From Phycisphaerae bacterium (GTDB lineage Bacteria; Planctomycetota; Phycisphaerae; SM23-33): a stretch of 64,000 nt of DNA. Location of the stretch: NCBI GenBank assembly GCA_049975485.1, contig JBNGDC010000004.1, positions 59,636-123,635 on the forward strand, in the 5' to 3' direction. A program made the translations under genes and the position numbers. A model generated the notes under the pieces. It saw only the letters and a program-made list of their open reading frames with translations. It was not told where the DNA came from and ran no database searches. This document shows, piece after piece, positions 57,518 to 64,000 of this stretch (positions are counted from its first letter, which is position 1; every line of letters starts with the position of its first letter).

Positions 57518-59524
57518 TCATTCCTGCTTGCCCCGGCGGGGCAGTGTTATCGTGAAGGTTGTTCCGGTCGGACCTTGCTGGAGGTCCGTGTTCGACTCCA
57601 CGCTGATGTCGCCCTGGTGCATCTTCACCACGCCGTAGGTCACGGCCAACCCAAGCCCGGTGCCTCGGCCCATCTGTTTGGTGGTGAAGAACGGGTCGAA
57701 TATCTTCCTGAGGTTGTCCTGCGGTATGCCGACGCCGGTGTCGCTGACGGTGAATCGGACGTTTTCCGCGTCGCCGCTGGTGCGGACGGTAAGCGTCCCT
57801 TTCTCGCCCATGGCATCGACGGCATTGGTCATCAGGTTGGTGAGAACTTGTATCATCTGGTCCTTGTCCAGTTCCGCCTGGGCGTCCTGCAGCTCGTTTT
57901 CCACAACAAGCTCGATGCCCTCGGGCAGCTTCACCGACTTCAGCGCCTCATTGACCAGAGCGCCCACGTCGGTCATTTCCGGCACAACCTTGTTCTGCCT
58001 GGCGAAGTGCAGCAGACCCGAGACGATCCTTTTGCACCGGTCCGCCTGGTTGGTAATCATAGCCAGGTCATCTTTCAGCTTCGGGTCACCGGTGTACTCG
58101 TCCAGCAGCAGGTGCGAGTACATTAATACTACGCCCAGCGGATTGTTGACCTCGTGAGCAATGCCCGCCGCGAGCTGTCCCATGCTGGCGAGCTTCTCGG
58201 ACTGCATGAGCTGCTCCTGCGTGTCCGCCAGTTCATCGACGGCCTTGCGGAGCTGGTCGATCGTGTTCGGCAGGCACATTTCGCTCTCGGCCAGTCCCTT
58301 GTATATCGCGACGGCGTGCTCGCGGCAGGTGTCGTAGCCGCAGGCGCCGCAGTTCAGCTCGTCCTCGCTGCTGTGTTTGCCCATCCGGGCCATTATTGCG
58401 GCGATTTCATCTTCCGACGGCACCGCTATGCGCTGGTCCTGCGGCGTGTAGCCGCGGTGCAGGTCGATACCTTCTACCCTTTGCAGCCATTTCTCGTATT
58501 CGCGGTCGGAGGCCTGGGCGAGCCGTTCGCGCACGTACCTGCTGACGCGGCTGCGACGGCTGAACAGCGGGGCCTCCGTGGTCATGCCTGCGCCCATTAT
58601 GCAGCCGTTGCAGCAGAGGACCTCCAGCAAGCGGGCGTCCAGGTCGCCGTTGCCGAACTCGCGGATGGCCTCGACGAAATTCGTCCGCCCGTCGGTGGCC
58701 ACGACCTGACCGTCGATGAGGTCCTCGTCGATCTTCGCCGCCTGCAAAAGTCCGCGGCTTATCGGAAAAAGCGCGCCCGGGCCTGCGTGCGGCGGGTCGA
58801 AGTCGCTCTCGCCCGCGTCGTCGAGACCCACGCCCGCCTCCCGCAGCATGTTCCTGAGCTCCGCGAACGTTATGGCCGCGTTGATCTCGTCGGGCACATT
58901 CCGGCTGGCGGCCTCGCCTTTCTTGGCGATGCACGGGCCGATGAACACCACCTTAAGGTCCTCGCCATGCAGCTCCCGCAGCACCCTCGCCGTGGCGACC
59001 ATCGGCGAGACGATGGGAGCCAACTGGTCCACCAGGTCGGGATAGTAGCGCTCCACATAGGCGACTATCGCCGGGCAACTGGTGGCGATGTAGCGCCCCT
59101 GGGGGTCGTCGCTGAGCAACTGTCGGTATTGCCTTGCGACCAGGTCGGCGCCGAAGCCGACCTCGCAGACGTAATCGAAGCCCATTGCCCGTACGGCAGC
59201 GACGACATTGTGCCAGTCGCAGTCGGCGAACTCCGCCGGAAAGCTCGGAGCCAGACAGGCCGCCACCTTATCGTCGCTTTTCAGCAGTCGGCGCACGTCC
59301 GAGGTGCTGTCCAGCACTTCCTTGGCCCGCTGACTGCACACCCGCACGCAGTTGCCGCAGCCGATGCAGCGCTCGGGTATGACCTGCGCCTGGCCGTCGG
59401 AGATGCGGATGGCCTTGGCGGGGCACTCGCGCACACAGGTGTAGCACACGCGGCAGTGCTCGCCGATGGTCCTGACAAGTGTTATGTTTTCCGCACCTTC
59501 CACGATACAGGCCTCCTGGAGCAA
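57518..59524 (-). CDS. sensory-type [FeFe]-hydrogenase H-domain protein fused to histidine kinase transmitter (HydS-like sensor kinase)
   Basis: N-terminal part: two CxxCxxCxxxCP ferredoxin motifs; TSCP (L1-like); [11 protein letters not shown] (L2 MPCxxKxxE-like); [13 protein letters not shown] (L3); then CGACGYDTC-x16-C (Cx2Cx4Cx16C). C-terminal part: H-box [15 protein letters not shown]; N-box [12 protein letters not shown]; G1 DTGVGI; G2 [10 protein letters not shown]. Confidence 0.85.
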   Translation of the reverse strand: MLQEACIVEGAENITLVRTIGEHCRVCYTCVRECPAKAIRISDGQAQVIPERCIGCGNCVRVCSQRAKEVLDSTSDVRRLLKSDDKVAACLAPSFPAEFADCDWHNVVAAVRAMGFDYVCEVGFGADLVARQYRQLLSDDPQGRYIATSCPAIVAYVERYYPDLVDQLAPIVSPMVATARVLRELHGEDLKVVFIGPCIAKKGEAASRNVPDEINAAITFAELRNMLREAGVGLDDAGESDFDPPHAGPGALFPISRGLLQAAKIDEDLIDGQVVATDGRTNFVEAIREFGNGDLDARLLEVLCCNGCIMGAGMTTEAPLFSRRSRVSRYVRERLAQASDREYEKWLQRVEGIDLHRGYTPQDQRIAVPSEDEIAAIMARMGKHSSEDELNCGACGYDTCREHAVAIYKGLAESEMCLPNTIDQLRKAVDELADTQEQLMQSEKLASMGQLAAGIAHEVNNPLGVVLMYSHLLLDEYTGDPKLKDDLAMITNQADRCKRIVSGLLHFARQNKVVPEMTDVGALVNEALKSVKLPEGIELVVENELQDAQAELDKDQMIQVLTNLMTNAVDAMGEKGTLTVRTSGDAENVRFTVSDTGVGIPQDNLRKIFDPFFTTKQMGRGTGLGLAVTYGVVKMHQGDISVESNTDLQQGPTGTTFTITLPRRGKQE

Positions 59525-59525
59525 C

Positions 59526-61247
59526 CTAGAGCAGCACTTCGCGCGGCGCGTAGCTGGTGTGCAGAAGCTCGTGACTCTTCGGCCCCAGCGGGCTGCCGAG
59601 GAACTCCTCGTAGAGCCGCTTGACGGCGGGATTGTCGTGCGATGTCCGCAGTCGCTCGTGGCGGTCTATCTTGTACAGTGCCTTCATGCGCGCCTTGACG
59701 GCATCGCGGTCGGCGCCGTAGGGCTGCCCGCCGCCGGCGATGCACCCGCCGGGGCAGGTCATCACCTCGATAAAGTGCAGGTCGTCCCTGCCGGCGCGAA
59801 CCTCGTCCAGCACCTTCCGTGCCGCGCCAAGACCGCTGGCGACGGCCACGCCCAGCTTCAGCCCGTCTATGGTGAGCGTGGTCTGCTTGAGACGCTTGTC
59901 TCCGCGGACCGGACGCAAGTCGAGATTGTCCATGTTCCGTCCGGTGATGAGCCGATGGGCCGTGCGGACCGCCGCCTCCATTACGCCGCCGCTGGCACCG
60001 AAGATCTTGCCGGCGCCGCTTCGCTGCTCGAAGGGGGTATCCGCGCTGTCCGGCTCGAGCGTGTCCAGCTCCAGCCCGCGCAGGCGTATCATCCTCGCCA
60101 GCTCCCGGGTGGTGAGCACCGCGTCGATATCCCACATGCCGTCGCGGGCCATCTCAGGCCGACGCGCCTCGAACTTCTTCGCGGTGCAGGGCATGACGGC
60201 CACCGAGTAAATCTTCCGCGGGTCGATGCCCTCGCGATCGGCGAAGAACGTCTTTATCACCGCCCCGAGCATCTGCTGCGGGCTCTTGCAGGTGCTGAGG
60301 TTTTCCACGAACTCCGGGTGGAATTGCTCGACGAACTTGATCCAGCCCGGTGAGCAGCTTGTCATCATCGGCAGTCGTCCACCGTTCTGGATGCGGTGCA
60401 CCAGTTCGCTGGCCTCCTCCATGATGGTCAGGTCGGCTGAGAAGCTGGTCTCGAAGACGCGGTCGAAGCCCAGCCGTCGCATGGCCGTGGTCATGGTGCC
60501 GCAGATGTCCTTGCCGGGCTTGAGGCCGAACTCTTCCGCCAGGGTTACCGAGACCGCCGGGGCGTGCTGGACCACCACCAGCCGGTCGGGGTCGTTCAGC
60601 GCCTCGGCGATCTCCTTCATGTGGCTCTGTTCCCGCAGAGCGCCGGTGGGGCAGGCCGTGACGCATTGTCCGCAGTTGACGCAGCTCGAGACGTTCAGAC
60701 CCTCGTCGAACGCCGTGCCCACGGTCGCCCTGCTGCCGCGCCCGATGAAGTCGATGGCGGAGACGCCCTGAACCTCCTCGCATATTCTTACGCATCGGCC
60801 GCAGAGGATGCACTTGGCCGGGTCGCGGACGATCGCCGGGCTGGACGTGTCCAGCTTGCGCTGGGGGTTTTCGCCGCCGTAACGCCGTTCACGCACGCCG
60901 AGTACTTCGGCGAGTCTCTGAAGTTCGCACGTTCCGTTGCGTACGCAATAGAGGCAGTCGTCGGGATGCCCGGCCAGCAGCAGCTCCACGACGGTCTTGC
61001 GGGCGCGGAGTACGCGAGGGGAGTGCGTGAGCACCTTCATGCCCTCGCGCACCTGGTGCGCGCAGCTCGGGACGAGCTTGCCTTCGTCGGGAAGCTCCAC
61101 CACGCACATGCGGCAGGCGCCGCTGGGCGGCAGGCCCGGCACGTGGCAGAGCGTAGGCACGTCCACACCCGCCCGCTTCAGGGCGTCCAGAAGCATCTCG
61201 CCCTCGCGGGCCTCGACCGTCCTGTTATTGACGTCTATCCGAACCAC
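59526..61247 (-). CDS. hydA: [FeFe] hydrogenase catalytic subunit (CpI-like domain architecture: 2Fe-2S + FeS clusters + H-domain)
   Basis: 573 aa. N-terminal plant-type 2Fe-2S and FeS domains. H-domain motifs MTSCSPGW (L1 variant), AVMPCTAKKFE (L2) and EVMTCPGGCIAGGGQP (L3). Aligns block-by-block with Clostridium pasteurianum CpI as I recall it. Confidence 0.9.
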   Translation of the reverse strand: MVRIDVNNRTVEAREGEMLLDALKRAGVDVPTLCHVPGLPPSGACRMCVVELPDEGKLVPSCAHQVREGMKVLTHSPRVLRARKTVVELLLAGHPDDCLYCVRNGTCELQRLAEVLGVRERRYGGENPQRKLDTSSPAIVRDPAKCILCGRCVRICEEVQGVSAIDFIGRGSRATVGTAFDEGLNVSSCVNCGQCVTACPTGALREQSHMKEIAEALNDPDRLVVVQHAPAVSVTLAEEFGLKPGKDICGTMTTAMRRLGFDRVFETSFSADLTIMEEASELVHRIQNGGRLPMMTSCSPGWIKFVEQFHPEFVENLSTCKSPQQMLGAVIKTFFADREGIDPRKIYSVAVMPCTAKKFEARRPEMARDGMWDIDAVLTTRELARMIRLRGLELDTLEPDSADTPFEQRSGAGKIFGASGGVMEAAVRTAHRLITGRNMDNLDLRPVRGDKRLKQTTLTIDGLKLGVAVASGLGAARKVLDEVRAGRDDLHFIEVMTCPGGCIAGGGQPYGADRDAVKARMKALYKIDRHERLRTSHDNPAVKRLYEEFLGSPLGPKSHELLHTSYAPREVLL

Positions 61248-61259
61248 GGTTCACCTCGT

Positions 61260-63209
61260 CTATTCCACTACCACGGCGTCAAAGCGGCATGCGTCCAGGC
61301 ACGAACCGCAGCCGATGCACTTGTCAGGCACGATGTAGTGCGGACTCTTGGGCGCCCCCATGATGGCGCCGGTGGGGCACTTCTTGGCGCACAGTGTGCA
61401 GCCGACGCACTTGTCCTCGTCGATGCTGTATCGCAGCAGCTGCGCGCACGCCCCGGCCGGGCAGCGACGCTCGAAGACGTGCGCCTCGTACTCGTCGCGG
61501 AACCACCGCAGCGTGCTCAGCACGGGGTTCGGAGCGGTCTGTCCCAGCCCGCATAAGCTGGTTTCGCGGATGACCTCGGCCAGGCGGTTCAGGTAAACCA
61601 CGCCCTTGAAACGCTCCAGCGCGTCGAAGTCCTTCTCGCTGCCCCGGCTGCGGGTGATGCTCTCGAGTATCTCCAGCATTCTCCGCGTGCCTTCGCGGCA
61701 GGGGATGCACTTGCCGCAGCTTTCGCGCTGGATGAACTCCATGAAGAACTTCGCCAGGTCCACCATGCAGGTGGTCTCGTCCATCACCACCAGTCCGCCG
61801 GAGCCCATCATCGCGCCGACGGTTTTCAGCGACTCGTAGTCGATGGGTATGTCCAGGTGCTGCTGGGGTATGCACCCGCCGGATGGACCGCCTATCTGGA
61901 CGGCCTTGAAGCTCTTGCCGTCCGGCACGCCTCCGCCGATGTCGAAGATGATCTCCCGCAGCGGCGTTCCCATCGCCACTTCGATGAGTCCGGTCCGCTC
62001 GACCCGCCCGGAAAGGGCGAATACCTTGGTGCCCTTGCTGTTTTCTGTTCCGACGGCCGCGAACCGCTCCGGGCCGCCGTCGAGTATGCCAGGCAGGTTC
62101 GCGAGGGTCTCGACGTTGTTGATGACGGTGGGCTTGTCGAACAGGCCCTTGACCGCCGGGAAAGGCGGCCGGGGACGGGGCATGCCGCGCCGACCCTCGA
62201 TGCTGTGTATCAGCGCGGTTTCCTCGCCGCAGACGAAGGCCCCGGCGCCCTGCTTGATGCGGATGGTCAGCGAGAATCCGCTGTCCATGATGTTCCGTCC
62301 GAGCAGGCCGTTCCGCTCGGCCTGTTCGATCGCCTCGCGCAGGCGCCGGATCGCCAGCGGGTACTCCGCGCGGATGTACACGTACGCCTTGGTCGCGCCG
62401 ATGGCGTACGCGGCGATGGCCATCCCCTCGATGAGCCGGTGGGGATCGCCTTCGATGACGGCTCGGTCCATGAATGCGCCCGGGTCGCCCTCGTCGGCAT
62501 TGCAGACCAGGTATTTCTGGTCGGCCGGTGTGTCGAGGGCGAACATCCACTTCTTGCCGGTGGGGAAGCCGCCGCCGCCCCGTCCGCGAAGCCCGCTGTC
62601 CAGCACCTGCCTGCAGACGTCGCGAGGCGGGACCTCCCGCAGCACTCGCGCCAGCGCCCGGTAGCCGCCCCAGGCGAGGTACTCCTCGATTCGTGTGGGG
62701 TTTATGCGGCCGCAGTTGGCCAGCACCCAGCGCGTCTGGCGGGCGAAGAACGGGTGTTCGTCCAAAAACGGGACGCCGTCGTACGGCGTCAGGTGCTCGC
62801 AGCGATGCTGGCCGAGTACGTGCTCCGATGGCGTTTGCCCGGCGAGCATATCGCCCAGCAGTGCATCAACCATATCGGGTGTAACGGCCTCGAATGCCAC
62901 TCGGCAGCGGTCGGGCAGTTGCACCTCCATAATCGGCTCGGCCGCACAGAGACCGATGCAACCGACCTCGACGACGTCGGCCTCGACATCGCTGTTGTCC
63001 AGGTATTCACTGACGGCGCGGAGGGTCTTTCCGGCGCCGGCGCCCAGGCCGCACGTGCCCGTGCCTACGAATACGACCGGTCTGTCGAGCTTCTCCCGCC
63101 GCAGCGCCGAGGCCAGCTCTGTGAACTCGCCCACGTCCATGCCGTGGGGAGTCAGCAGGTCGGCGTCGCTGTCGCGCTTAGTTTTCGCCGGCTTCGTTGC
63201 GGTAGGCAT
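61260..63209 (-). CDS. hydB: NuoF-like flavoprotein subunit of multimeric [FeFe] hydrogenase (NAD(P)H/FMN/4Fe-4S, C-terminal 2x[4Fe-4S], N-terminal 2Fe-2S)
   Basis: GGGFPTGKKW (FMN/NADH site). CGKCIPCREG (N3 cluster). C-terminal CVGCTLCAKKCP and CIGCGSCLDAC ferredoxin motifs. Confidence 0.9.
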   Translation of the reverse strand: MPTATKPAKTKRDSDADLLTPHGMDVGEFTELASALRREKLDRPVVFVGTGTCGLGAGAGKTLRAVSEYLDNSDVEADVVEVGCIGLCAAEPIMEVQLPDRCRVAFEAVTPDMVDALLGDMLAGQTPSEHVLGQHRCEHLTPYDGVPFLDEHPFFARQTRWVLANCGRINPTRIEEYLAWGGYRALARVLREVPPRDVCRQVLDSGLRGRGGGGFPTGKKWMFALDTPADQKYLVCNADEGDPGAFMDRAVIEGDPHRLIEGMAIAAYAIGATKAYVYIRAEYPLAIRRLREAIEQAERNGLLGRNIMDSGFSLTIRIKQGAGAFVCGEETALIHSIEGRRGMPRPRPPFPAVKGLFDKPTVINNVETLANLPGILDGGPERFAAVGTENSKGTKVFALSGRVERTGLIEVAMGTPLREIIFDIGGGVPDGKSFKAVQIGGPSGGCIPQQHLDIPIDYESLKTVGAMMGSGGLVVMDETTCMVDLAKFFMEFIQRESCGKCIPCREGTRRMLEILESITRSRGSEKDFDALERFKGVVYLNRLAEVIRETSLCGLGQTAPNPVLSTLRWFRDEYEAHVFERRCPAGACAQLLRYSIDEDKCVGCTLCAKKCPTGAIMGAPKSPHYIVPDKCIGCGSCLDACRFDAVVVE

Positions 63210-63651
63210 CTATTACGTCCTTTACCGAATCCGGTGTCAGCTTCGCGTGGAATTCACCGTTCACGGACATCACCGGCGCCAATCCACAGGCGCCGATACA
63301 TGCGACTACTTCCAGACTGAACTGCCCGTCGGGGGTGGTCTGCCCCGGCTCGAGCTTCAACTCCCGCTTGACCGCCTCCAGTACGGCCGATGCGCCCTTG
63401 ACGTGGCAGGCGGTGCCCCGGCAGAGCTGAATGTGGTAGCGACCCAGCGGCTGGAACCGGAACTGGTTGTAGAAGGTCGCCACCCCATAGATCTTGCTCG
63501 CGGGCAGGTCCAGGTGGCGTCCCACACTGGTAACGGCCTCCCGCGAGAGGAACCCGCAGGCGTCCTGGATTTCCTGGAGTATGGGAATCAGGTCGTCCCG
63601 CGAGCCGCCCTGGTGGCGCGCGAGTATTTCCTCCACCGCGTTATCAGGCAT
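63178..63651 (-). CDS. hydC: NuoE-like thioredoxin-fold [2Fe-2S] subunit of multimeric [FeFe] hydrogenase
   Basis: CRGTACHVKGA ... CIGACGLAP are the NuoE 2Fe-2S Cys motifs. Overlaps hydB by 32 nt. Confidence 0.85.
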   Translation of the reverse strand: MPDNAVEEILARHQGGSRDDLIPILQEIQDACGFLSREAVTSVGRHLDLPASKIYGVATFYNQFRFQPLGRYHIQLCRGTACHVKGASAVLEAVKRELKLEPGQTTPDGQFSLEVVACIGACGLAPVMSVNGEFHAKLTPDSVKDVIDAYRNEAGEN

Positions 63652-64000
63652 GTGTGCTCAATCCTTCCTTTCCCTGACTGCGCTGTCTGGCGAAAAACGC
63701 CGCCTTCTCCAGCGAGCTGGTCAGGTCCACGTTTTCCACATACACGCCCCCCGGCACATGCAGCCGGACCGGCGCGAAGTTCATGATTCCGCTTACGCCG
63801 GCGGCTACGAGCGCCTCGGCCACCTGCTGGGCGGCGGACGCAGGCACGGCGATGATCGCGGTATGGATTCCCCGCTGTGTTATCTCCTCGTGCAGGTCGG
63901 AAACCGGCTTGCAGGGGCAGCCGTGTATCAGCCGTTCGGTAACCGCCGGGTCCTCGTCGAAGGCGACGGTTATGTCGAGCTTGGGTCTCCTGCCGGCGAA
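63644..64000 (-). CDS. rex: redox-sensing repressor Rex, C-terminal part (gene starts beyond window end)
   Basis: Open frame to the window edge. ...IAVPASAAQQVAEALVAAGVSGIMNFAPVRLHVPGGVYVENVDLTSSLEKAAFF matches the Rex C-terminal Rossmann/swap-helix region (Rex ...GILNFAPV...V.NVDL..EL). Overlaps the hydC start by 8 nt. Confidence 0.7.
   Translation of the reverse strand, partial: FAGRRPKLDITVAFDEDPAVTERLIHGCPCKPVSDLHEEITQRGIHTAIIAVPASAAQQVAEALVAAGVSGIMNFAPVRLHVPGGVYVENVDLTSSLEKAAFFARQRSQGKEGLSTHA

Noticed and set aside
60342-60362. HydA TSCSP variant as evidence of a pseudogene
   Set aside because: The 573-codon frame is intact and all other cluster-binding motifs are conserved. A pseudogene is unlikely; it is reported as a variant instead.
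63644-63847. Separate 67-aa ORF 63644-63847 in the track
   Set aside because: The reading frame stays open upstream to the window edge, and the upstream translation continues a Rex-like sequence. It is the 3' part of a longer gene, not a small gene.

Overview
This is a gene-dense, high-GC (roughly 65-70% by eye) bacterial chromosomal segment. Its cell-envelope markers suggest an anaerobic member of the Planctomycetota/Verrucomicrobiota/Kiritimatiellota/Lentisphaerota group, but I cannot assign it without a database search. Those markers are two PEP-CTERM proteins, a prepilin-type N-terminal protein and a 1813-aa PKD/dockerin-like giant protein. Housekeeping genes present are serS, proS, thiC (preceded by a TPP riboswitch) and a yhaM-like nuclease.

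Other content, in order of interest:
- An MqsR/MqsA-type toxin-antitoxin pair whose antitoxin carries an extra C-terminal Panacea (DUF4065) domain. It sits in a lower-GC patch with a perfect palindromic operator upstream.
- A four-gene translationally coupled operon: serpin, then an RND efflux membrane-fusion adaptor, permease and outer-membrane factor.
- A pectin-type carbohydrate-active patch: two cytoplasmic GH28-like proteins, a beta-helix PEP-CTERM protein, an SGNH esterase and a sigma-54 activator with no sensory domain.
- A large protein whose C-terminus is a GreA-like transcript-cleavage factor.
- A periplasm-sensing hybrid histidine kinase and response regulator pair, and a metal ABC transporter.

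The most interesting region is the last ~12 kb, all on the minus strand. Its gene order is rex (partial), hydC/hydB/hydA (trimeric NuoE/NuoF-type [FeFe] hydrogenase), a sensory [FeFe]-hydrogenase H-domain fused directly to a histidine kinase, two stand-alone receivers, a receiver-kinase hybrid, then hydE, hydG and hydF. It looks like a self-contained H2-metabolising and H2-sensing phosphorelay locus.

Short arrays of degenerate 8-bp repeats with a TTAAC/GGTTA core recur in four 3' intergenic regions, including the hydG-hydF spacer.
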